DNA from: Phoronis australis
Taxonomy: Eukaryota > Animalia > Phoronida
NCBI GenBank assembly: GCA_002633005.1
Contig: NMRA01000814.1
Span: 35,846-99,845, forward strand
Length of the DNA: 64,000 bases
Direction: 5' to 3'
Shown here: positions 37,801 through 49,800 of the stretch, piece by piece
How the letters are laid out: the number at the start of each line of letters is the position of its first letter
How positions within the stretch are numbered: the stretch's first letter is position 1
Program-made: the position numbers and the translations under genes
The notes under the pieces: model-generated
Told to the model about the DNA's origin: nothing
Seen by the model: the letters and a program-made list of their open reading frames with translations, nothing else
Database searches by the model: none

Positions 37801-40800
37801 AATATTGTTGGGGTAGAAATTCTGATACTTTGATGTTTAATGCTTGTTCCACATTAAGATTCGAATATTTCGTGGCTTGCGTTAAGGTTCTACCGAAAGC
37901 GGTAAAATGTCATAGACAATATGTCGATTTTTACCCGAGTCTGCTTGAGGTATAGGTTTCTGCATCAGAAACCATTCAGCAAGTTCCCCACTGATTAATC
38001 ATTGCTCATGTTGACACATTGATATTTCCATATGCTATTGAGAATAGAGTATATTTCAACTGAAATGTGTAAGAAAATTTTTTTAAAACTTGTGAGGATC
38101 ACAAAAGTATTGTTTGCGGAACTGTTCCGCATGCGGAATGGTTCTGCAACTGTCACATTGATCAACTAATTACTGTTAGGATTGTCACATCGATACTTTC
38201 AAGTGGCATTGATAATGTAATGTATTTTAAGTTGATTGGTGAAATCAAATACCCAGCAAAACCATTCTGTTTGGGAAATCGCTCCCCATACAGAACGGTT
38301 CCGCATGCGGAATGGTTCCGCATGTGGAATGGTTCCGCAACTGTCACATTGATCAAGTAATTATTATTAAGATTGTCACATTGATACTTTCAAGTGGTAT
38401 TGATAATGGAATGCATTTTAACTTTTTTGGCTATGAGAATTTAAAAAATTGCGGAACCGTTCCGCATGTGGAACCCTTCTGCAACCGTCACATTGATTAA
38501 TATATTATTTAGAGTGGACACATTATACTCTCAAGTACTATTGAGAATGGAATGTAATTCATGTTTATTGGGCCGGGAGAAAATTAAAAATTTTAGTCCT
38601 GTGCTAAACTTTTCTGTTTGTGGAACTCTTCTGGAACTTTCACATTGATTTTTAAAAATAAATTATTATTTTGATTATTATTCCACAAAATATACATATT
38701 ATTTCTCAAGTCACAGTATTCCACAAAACTTGCGCAGTGCGTAATATTCCGCAAAATCTGCGTAATATTCCGCACATTTGCGGCATATTCCGCAAGTGTG
38801 CGTAATATTCCGCACACCTGCGGAACATTCCGCACTGAGTGCGGAATATTCCGCAAGGCAAAAATTGAACTTCTAATTAAGAATATGCTAATTGAGGAAA
38901 TCAAAATGTAACATTGTAAACATGTTTAGGGTAAGGTATAGATTTGTTACATACCATTTTTTATGGCCCTAAGTGGATATTAAAAAAGTGCGGAACCGTT
39001 CCGCACACTTTGAGACTAAATAATATTGTCTCATTTGAAAAACTATCGCCTTATGTACATATCTGTTGACAAAGTACACCCTACCATGGAAGGTGTCGGG
39101 TTTATGATGAATACTGCTCTTGGGTGGGCCGAACGTCTTTCAGTATTTATGAGTCTGGTCACTGGATAGTTTCTCAACCCTGCTGCTCCTCTTCATTGTA
39201 TGTGCTTGTTTTAATTCCTTTGTAACACTAGGGTGCTCCACCGTCCGTGTGATATATTGCTCTGTGATCCCTAATCTAATTCTAGCTGAATGTTTGTTGT
39301 TTTCAGGGAACAAACTAAAATGTCTGCCCACCACCATCTCTGAGATGAAGAGCCTGCGCACTTTTGACATCTCCGAGAACAACATTCACAGCCTACCACA
39401 GAGACTGTGTTTTGTGCGTACACTTGAGCACGTCATGTTGGACACAGATATAATGCAGTACCCTAGCAAAGGTAGTACTGGCGTGTACATGCATTGACAT
39501 ACATGTGTAGTGCATATTACTAAACCTAGTGTGAGTTAGTGCACAGGATGCTTGAATTGTCATTGTCAAGCTAAAATATTGTGGCGTGGTGGTTAAGCCA
39601 AGCACTGAGGTTTTGACATCTTAAGTATATTGCAGCCTTATGACATCTTAAGTATTGCAGTTTTTTGACATCTAAAGTATTGCAATTTTATGACATCGAA
39701 AGTATTGCAGTTTTATGACATCTAAAGAATTGCAGTTTTATGACATCTAAAGTATTGCAGTTTTATGACATCTAAAGTATTACAATTGTATGACATTTTT
39801 TTTACTGTTTTATGATGTCTGAAATATTGTAGTTTTAGGACATCTAACGTAAATTGTAATGTTATGACATCTAACAGTTTTATGACATCTAAAATATTAC
39901 AGATCACCTTTGAGTCTAATACTGGAATAAAAACTTACAAAAATTAGTGACGTTGCGTCCACATCTCATCTGGACTTGTGACGTTGTCGTTATTCTGGCC
40001 AATTGATGACGTTTTGACCAGACGGCGCAGCATTGACGTCAGAACACCATCCCATACGTGTGACAAATCGAATCTTAAACCGCCTCTTTTATTTAAGGAG
40101 GGACTCTCAATGCGCTCATGGAGAGCCTCCTATACACCCTTCTGATTCCCTACGTCCAGGGTCTTTCTGACCGCCTCAAGTGGACATTTAAACAGTTTGA
40201 CATTTCTATCATCCACAAACCATTCTCTCGGCAGCCAACTGGTTAATGTCAAGGACAATACCCCCAAGGGTAATAAATCATGTGTTGACTATGGTGTCAG
40301 GTGTAAGGATACCCAGTGCTCAAACAGATACGTTCATTACTTGGTGAAACAAAACAGTCAATAAAAATGTATATATCACAACATCGTCATCCTGGTTACG
40401 GGGACGCTTATGATTTGGCTATTTTTAGCCACCTTTGCGCCACTGGACATGATTTCGATACTGATAATGTCACTATCTTAGATTGTGAGGAAGACTGGTT
40501 CAGAAGGGGTGTAAAGGAAGCTTTCCATGAGTATATTTGGAGTCCCTCTTTAAATAAAAGAGGCAGTTTAAGATTTGATTTGTCACACGTATGGGATGGT
40601 GTTCTGACGTCAAGGCCACGCCGTCAGGTCAAAACACCACCAATTGGCCAGAATAACGATAATGTCACAAGCCAAGCTGAAGTCCGTGAGATGCGAATGC
40701 AACGTCGCTAATTTTTGTAAGTTTTTATTCCAGTAGTAGACTCAAACTTGATCCGTTTCTGAACTGGATGTCTCAAAATTTTCATGCTTTTATCTAAAAT

Positions 40801-43800
40801 ATTACAGTTTTATTACATCTAAACAATGCAAACCATGCTATTGCTGTACTCAAATTTTTTTAATCTTTGTTTTGTGGAAATATGCCAAATTAAGTTTCAC
40901 CTGTCAGCCATATTGTGTGCTAAATGAGTCAAGAGTTACTGTGCATGTTGAAACTCGAGTGAGTCCTCAGTTTTTAATAGCCGCTGAATGTATGCCCGGC
41001 CACTTATCACCTGCAGACGTGTGCATCAAAGGTACCAAAGAAATCATGCAGTTTCTGTGCAGTCAGTGTGGTCTAGAGTATGTGTCACCCTCCCAGTTTG
41101 TCCTTCCGCTTTTGGATGGTGTGGACGGCAACAAACAGTCAAACGGCCAGAATGATTTAATGGACAGAGACAACCTGCCTAAGGTGAGATCTTGGAGCAT
41201 TTATTGGACCTCCTAAAGAAAAACATTAGCTTTCATGTTGGCACCATGCACTTTTGTTTGATTTAATGGAGGTGTGAGAGAAAGATGTTTTGACTTTTGT
41301 GTCGGAATTTATAAGATACTGATTCATTCTTTACAATTTTGGTGTGAGGCTCACTACCAAGACAAGATTTTGTTACGTGTGAGGCTCACTACCAATAAAA
41401 TGTTTTGTTTGAAATGTTTTCATGTACTTGGAATTTTCGACACTCTCTTGTTTTATCCTGATTTGGGTGCAAGGCAAAAGTAGACGTTTTGTTCAATTTA
41501 TTTCTGTGTTGTAATTTTCACCACTCTCTTTGATTTTATTGCACACTTGAAGCTGTCAGTGGTTATGATATAGATGATGTAACTGGATGCGTTTAATTAA
41601 AAGCTTTATTGTCATTTTTCCATTTTAAACCTTAATTTCATTTCCTGTTTGTGACTTACTATCATCCTACTGTGCAAAATTTCAAAATGATATTAATTTC
41701 AAACTGTTTGATTTTTTATTTAAGTTGATAGGTTTTGTTACCAATAGTTTTCAATTTTCTGTTCTAGGAGACCACCATACAACAGTATGAAAAGGTCAAG
41801 GTAGGAAGTGTCTGGCTTTCGTTTTTTCCCTTTGGGCTTATTTTTTTATAATTTGGTTATCACAATCTGTGTCTTATGAGAATTAAATGGTTCTCTGAGA
41901 TAATTGTCAACATTCAATTTTTTCCAAAATTCAGTATGGTAAAATTTTAGGACACAGATGAAATTTTGTTTTCTCATTTTTATATAAACTATGTTGCACT
42001 TTACTTTGTATGATATCTATTGTGGCGCAAAATTTGGAAACCTCCAGCGCCCCTTCAGCACCCCTTTAGCACTCCTTCAGCGCCCCTTCAGCGCCCTCAC
42101 GATAGTGTAAGAAGACCTTAAAAATTGACAAAATAGAGCAATTTTGGCTATCTTTTTGTCTGAAATTTTAGTGTGTTCACGTAATTTGTATAAATTGCTC
42201 TATTTTTTCATTCATAGTTATTTAAAGTATAAATAGAATCAGTGGTGGTGAATCTGTTGAAGCAAGTGATGAATTACATTCCATCCATGGTCTTGTACTG
42301 TGTAGTGGGAAATGATGGTCTTATACTGTGTAGTGGGGAGTGATGGTCTTATACTGTGTAGTGGGGAATGATGGTCTTATACTGTGTAGTGGGGAGTGAT
42401 GGTCTTATACTGTGTAGTGGGGAATGATGATCTTATACTGTGTAGTGGGGAGTGATGGTCTTATACTGTGTAGTGGGAAATGATAGCTTGCCGTGCTTCA
42501 GAAAAGGTTTCACCACAAAACAAGATGAAAAAAAGAAATGACATTCTTGAGGAATATTTTTTAAATAACTGATTCTGAAGAATTTCCTTGCTTTAAAAGT
42601 AGATGTTTTCTACTGGTTAGCAGGTTTCATAAGACGTGGTTACTGTTATGTAACCAAGGGTCATGTTTACCTATTTGCATTACCATCTTGAAAATGTCTT
42701 AATTTAAGCTGGAACGTTATGAATATACTCCATGCAGATTTCTTGAAATAAAATGGAAAACACATGATGGCAATATTTCCAGTACTTCTAAAACCAGACA
42801 TTTGCCGACAGTCTACTTGCTGTATAAGAGATAATGAATACACTTTGGATAAAGGTTTCATTATCTTCTTAATCCAGGATTATTATTATTGAATTATCTA
42901 AATTTTCAATTTTGCATCAATTAAAATGGCTGTCTATTGAATACCAGTTGATTTACTAGGTTGTGTTTTGTCATACCTAGGAACAAAAACGTCTGGAGAG
43001 ACTTGAGCTGGAGCGTAGACTGGAGGAGGAACAAAGGTGTCAAGCTGAGCTGTCTGCTATAGCACGGGCACGACAGAAAGATCTCCTTGACGACGTGGCA
43101 CAGGTAAAGCGGGGACTAACCCAGTGCCAGATCTAGGATGTGGTAAGGGGGTCCAACCATGATTTTTGAAGGTACAATTGGGCCAACAATTTTTTTTGGT
43201 TGTTTCCGTAGGTAGGGCGGGCTCCCCCAAAATCTGCCTACATATCAAGGAATTTTGTCATGGTTACAATGCCTGGAAAATAAAAAATAAATTTACATCT
43301 GTGAAAAATGATAAAGGATTTAAATTTATGAAAAGCTCAGAGAAAATGTCCTTGAAAAGCTTCGATGGATTGCCTGCGTTCACTTAATACAATCTACTAT
43401 AGGACAGGCGGTACACTTTTAGTGGAATTGTCTACTCATGTGCTTGGGAACTGGAAGTGTGATTATTGCATCAAAGATTCCCCCGGTGTCTCCATTGTAT
43501 ACCGGCACATTGCGCATTCTTCACCAACTGTCTTTTCATGGCCATTTCTTGTTATTTGTGCATGAAACTTGTTAGTAGCTACGTGTAGCTTTCTGATTTT
43601 ATAAAATATCTTTTGATTCAGTTGGAAAGGAGTTAGCGAAAGGTATTTTAAATAGCAATTATTTAAATTAAGAATTATGCGGCTAACATTGTCTCCATGA
43701 AATATGTTGTCATGCCTCAGTTGCACAATGTCATGGCACAAAGACATTGGGCCTTACAATCCCATGCTCTGTGTTCTCCAGGAACAATGTCGGTTAATGG

Positions 43801-46800
43801 AAGGATTATCCAACCTTCAGCAGCAGAAAGATGTTGATCGTCAAAAGATGGTGGCTGCTCTGCAACAAAGTAAGTCCTCTGCAACAAAGTAAGTCCTCTG
43901 CAACAAAGTAAGTCCTCTGCAACAAAGTAAGTCCTCTGCAACAAAGTAAGTCCTCTGCAACAAAGTAAGTCCTCTGCAACAAAGTAAGTCTTGCTTTAAT
44001 TTTCAATCCAACTAATACTACACCCTTTCCCAACTTCAAATTTTGAGTTTATGTAAGATAACTTTATAGCCAGTAAAATTATGTACTTTCTGAAAGCCTG
44101 TAAAATTTGATTTTTGGCTCGTTGCCAATCTGTTAATAATTGGATCATAACCATGTGTTCTAGTAACATTTTTCAAAGAATAAATTAAGACACTTTGATT
44201 ACAAAGCTTTGGTATCAATAACACAATCAATAACATGATCAACTTTATTGGACATTTTTAAGATAAAATTTCAAAAAATAATGTTGGGTTTCCAAATTAT
44301 CATTTTGTTTTTGTTTAATGTAACTTTTGAGTTTCTTCACAAAAATCGTATCATTTTTGATAGCCCCTCGTGCAAAAGTGGAACATGTTCAAACAATTCT
44401 CAACAGTGTTTTGGAGATGAGTGCACAGGGCATAGCATGTGAAAGTTTTGTATGAATCCAGTAAACCATTTCCCAAATAAGATGTTCCCAAGCTGCCAAA
44501 CATGGCACTAGCCTCCTACATATCCTTACCAAGTTCATTGCTTCATAGTTGTCAGTTGTTCTTAGAATGTTTTATCTCTCCTTCATTCAGTTGAGCGTGG
44601 CGCTAGTGATGTCATCCAGCAACTTTTGGACATGAGTGAGAAAGCGCGACATAATGAGGCTTTGCTTGAGGCCATGGAGCGAGAACGGATAGAGGCGGAG
44701 CAATGGTTCATAGTGAGGGAGGAGGAGCAAGCTAACTTGAGGAAGCAGGAGATACTAGGTCAGTTGGGGTCATAGGGTCATGTTGCAACTGTGGCTTGTG
44801 GGTGGAGCTTATTGTTAGGAGGAATATAACTTGCTAATTATTGGAGGACTAGGAGTGGTTTGTGAGCAATATCAAGCCAAGCTGCAGAGGTTGGTGCTAC
44901 CTGGCAAGATGGTGTCACTGGAATGCAAGAAGGTCACGGGGTGGTGTCACAGTGGGGGGGGGATTGGCACTGGACTGCAAGAAGGTCACGGGGCAGTGTC
45001 ACCGGATGGTGATTGACACTTGAACCAAAAACCTGTGAGATAAACTGTCAAAGCGTTTGATAGATAGTTTAAAAAAGTGACTGTTGACGGTGTAATTGAA
45101 ATCGAAATTTTGTAGTGCAAATTAAAAACTTGTGTTTTCCTGGTCATTGCTACCATACAAGCACATCAGTTATTAACAAAAATTTCAATTTGCTTAACAT
45201 TGCAGTTTATGTCGGAAAACTTAACACATGAAAATCTCCATCATGGCAAACTGATAGAACACTGAGTGGGGGCTAGGTATTGCTTTTTACTTATATTTTG
45301 AAGCTTCGTGGATTGTGTTCATATTTTACATGATTGTTATAGTAAACATGGAGAAGATTCTAGAAGAAAACCGACTGTTTGAAGCCATCTTCAGCAGCTA
45401 TATGTCTAACCAATCAGAGACAGTGCGTCGAGCACAAGAGTCGTGAGTAGCCAAGTGAATGCAGTTGATTGACAGGAAGAGCACCGCCCTCTCATTTGAA
45501 CTCATATAATTCAGTCTTTGCTTTTTGACATTAATTAAGTCTGCATTTCAGGGCAAAATTTTCTATAAAGTTAAAAAAACGGTTACCTTGAACACTGCTC
45601 TTGTGCATTAAATATTAATTTTATGCATTTTGACCTTTGACTTAATGTTGATATATAAATGTCAAGATTTTTACCATAATTTCAAAAACCTAAAGTTGTT
45701 TAGCTTTGATCTTATTAGTTTCATACTTAAAAAATGTATCTTCGAAATCCAAACTCCAAACCTCACTTTGCAAAGTTACATTTCATATGTTTGTCACTTG
45801 TTTTATTAAATTTCCCATTAAGTTTACAACAACAAATTAATTATATGAATACATCACCATCAAAACATTAAGCCCAGACTTTAAATATTGTCGCAGGTCT
45901 TCAAGGTACATGATGGATAACATAGGCTTATGTCATGCATTCAAGGCTTCAAGCCCATGTTTCCAATAACGAGTCTGGCTCAGTATTTTTTATTCCTAGA
46001 TTTCAGTTTTGCAGGTGCAGCCCTGTGTTTGTAGGCATGTGATTCCTATGTTAGCATACCTGTGTTTGCAGGCATGTGATTCCTAGGTTAGCATACCTGT
46101 GTTTGCAGGCATGTGATTCCTAGGTTAGCATACCTGTGTTTGCAGGCATGTGATTCCTAGGTTAGCATACCTTTTGCTTCATGGCCTGTTTTTCCAACTA
46201 TTTGTAATCCAATGACATTTCCCTTTGCAGCCTTATAAATGAAAACAATATGATTCAGGGTGTGTTGTCAAGTAAACAGGCACAACAGAGCATGTTCCTG
46301 GATAAGATTGTTGCCGAGGTAACTTGTAATATTTGTCGTTTGTTTTCGATTAGTTGTTTGCAACTCATTGAATAATTTGCATGACAATAGCTCACTTGCG
46401 AGTTTCTCGTTAGTCAATGTGATGTCACCGGAAAAGGGGCAAAACCGGCCATATTGCTCTTGTTTGGCCCCGAGTCTTTGCTACACGCGCTAAATTTTAC
46501 TGTTCTTATGGTGAATTTTACGCTTAAAACATTAACACAATTTAAAAGATGGTAGATGGATCGTGGAATCACTGTGAATGGACGAAGAAAATGTGAACTT
46601 GATATGTTGTGCGAAGCTGTGAACGGACTGAAATTGGAACTCAACCTGGTCTAGGCCTGAATGCCGCAGGCATACAGGGGCGATAGTTTATCCCCATAAA
46701 AAGTTACTCACTTCAAAATGCAGCAAATATAATCAAATGAAACATGCATATGCGCACATGGAGTTATAATTAATTAACACATACCCTGACTCATATAACT

Positions 46801-49800
46801 TGAACCTATCCATGAAAACCTCGCGGTTCGCTAAGTGTCACGCGCCAGGTCTCGCGCTTCACTCAGTCTCGCGCTAGCCTTTGCCTCATACTCACCTGAC
46901 CAGTTGAACTACTTTGTGGTTATCGCGTGCGCGGTTTAAGTTAACAGTAACCACAATGTGGAGTTGGAATTCTTCGCCAAAGTCACCTGAATTCCCGTAG
47001 CTCTGCTTCATCGAAGTTATGTTTAGAAGCAGAAACGACCACTGGTGATAATTTTAGATGTAGAATGTATTTTTGACGTGGTGAAAACTTAATCAGTGAG
47101 CGGATTTCGCCTATCGCCCGTTTAAAATACACGGAACGAAATTAGTACAAAATGCCATACAACGTATTGTAGTGCGAATCTGAATTTCATTTGCCATAAC
47201 AGCAATGCTTGTTTGGCATTTTTCGAACTAAACGGCCAAAAAGTGGAATAAAATAACAGAATACACTCTGCTAGCGTATTGGGATTGGGCAAATGAGCCA
47301 AACGGCAAGCTTTTGCCCCACTTCCCGTGACGTCACAGTTAAGTCTCACGTAATCTCGCGTTATTGTTATAAACTCGCAAAAGGAGTATTAACGTTCTTC
47401 AGTGGTTGTCATGGTAACCACTAGGTGGTATAAAATTGAAAAATATTAAATCATTGATTTCGTTCTGCCTTTTTGCTGAGAAACATTGAAAAAGTTGTCG
47501 CCTGTATTGCACCCTAAATTGGTGAGATGGTAACTATACATGATGTTTTTACGTCAAGTCTTCTGCTGATCTGTACTCCATTGACCTAAGACATGCGATC
47601 ACATACTTCACTTGAATGTATAATCTGACTTGTCGCTAGAAATTGGTGCTATGAAATGCAGTTTTGGTTATTTCACTGTTTTTTAACTGAGGATAAGAAT
47701 GCCATGCACAGGACTTAGTAAATGCTTATGTATACGCGATGACTATAACTCTCCTCTTGTTGATACGAACTGTTTGAGGTTGTAGTTTGAGTCGTGCACT
47801 TATTGCATTGCATTTAATCAGATTTGTGATGTCTCTGCTAAGTTTATAGACTACTGAAAGTGGGCTATTTTGTGATATTATGTCATGTAAGGTTAAGTCA
47901 TCTAACACTCTGATGTTTAGGAAAAGTGGCAACGACAGGCGTTCGAGGCCTTACAGCTACAGAAGGACTGCAAACACCAGCGAATTACAGGCCAGATTGA
48001 GTTGATTGAGTATGAACTGGCTCAACTGACTTTGGTAGAGGTCGAGCGGCGACAGATGAAGGTCGACACAGAGATGGTGAGGGGTTACTGTCTTTTGATT
48101 ATAGAGAGAGCTGGTGAGGGGTTACTGACTTTGGTTTGTAGAGGGAGCTGTGAGGCGTTACTGGCTTTGGATTGTAGAGGGAGCTGTGAGGCGTTATTGG
48201 CTTTGCATTGTAGAGGGAGCTGTGAGGTGTTACTGGCTTTGGTTTGTAGAGGGAGCTGTGAGGTGTTACTGGCTTTGGTTTGTAGAGGGAGCTGTGAGGT
48301 GTTACTGGCTTTGGTTTGTAGAGGGAGCTGATAAGGGGTTATTTACTTTAGATTGTAGAAAGAGATGGTGTGGGGTTAATAGTTTTGGGTTGTAGAAGCA
48401 TATGGTTTGTTGGCTCTCGGGGAGATATTGCTAGGGACATTAGGCGCTGCATCTGATTTCCTAAATAGCAACTATAAACTAAATGCTACTTACAGGTTGG
48501 GATTCCAACAGTCACTTACCACAGTGCCTGCACTTTTATGACTGGCTTGGATTGGGGATTGTACAACTGAGATGGGTGTCAGTGATTACTGCTGCCTGCT
48601 TGATCCATCATTCTTTTCCAACCATTAAAAATTGAATTTGAACTGTGATAATCGGTTAACTACAAATGAAGGAAAGGGAAATAAGACAGTGGGTGCTCCT
48701 TTATTGATATGTCCCTAGTTGTGTCTGAGCAACACAAGGGGGCGACATGATTTGTCCACACCACCACCCAATAGTGTGCTTTTCTGAGTGATCTTTATAC
48801 CTCAAAGAATGCAGCTAAATTTTAATGGGGTGTATGTCATGTACTGGTGGTGATGGCTTAGGGTCTGCAGCTTTTTTCGAATCTAAGTCAGTTTAATGGG
48901 ACATTGCGCCTTACTTTGAATTGTTGATTATTTTGTAAAATGGACTTGCACAGTACGGTACATATCAAAATTAATTGGACTATATACTTTTAACTGGACA
49001 ATATACCATTAACTGGTCAATATACCATTAATTGTACAATATACCATTAACTGGACAATATGCCATTAATTGTACAATATACCATTAATTGGACAATATG
49101 CCATTAATTGGACAATATACCATTAATTGGACAATATACCATTAATTGGACAATATACCATTAATTGGACAATATACCATTAATTGTACAATATACCATT
49201 AATTGGACAATATACCATTAATTGGACAATATACCATTAATTGTACAATATACCATTATTTGTACAATGTACCATTAATTGGACAATGTACCATTAATTG
49301 GACAATATACCATGAATTGGACAATGTACCATTAATTGGACAATGTACCATTAATTGTACAATATACCATTAATTGTACAATACACCATTAATTGGACAA
49401 TACACCATTAATTGGACAATACACCATTAATTGGACAATACACCATTAATTGGACAATACAGCATTAATTGGACAATATACCATTAATTGGACAACATAC
49501 CATTAATTGGACAATATACCATTTCTCCCCCCAACCCCCATCATGATGGGTCATTCCTCTTGCTTTCCAAAATTCTGGTTAGTTTTGTCCGATTGTTTTT
49601 GACATGTACTGTAAATTGTATCAGTATTGATTTTGGCATGTACTGTAAATTGTATCAGTATTGATTTTGGCATGTACTGTAAATTGTATCAATATTGATT
49701 TTGACATGTACTGTAAATTGTATCAGTATTGATTTTGGCATGTACTGTAAATTGTATCAGTATTGATTTTGACCAAGTTTTTGTAAATTGAAGAGTGTTA

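Noticed and set aside
31126-38904. Family of similar ORFs (RNCHIDQLITVRIVTSILSSGIDNG)
   Set aside because: Translations of the non-coding repeat modules; frames are not conserved between copies and match no domain I recognise.
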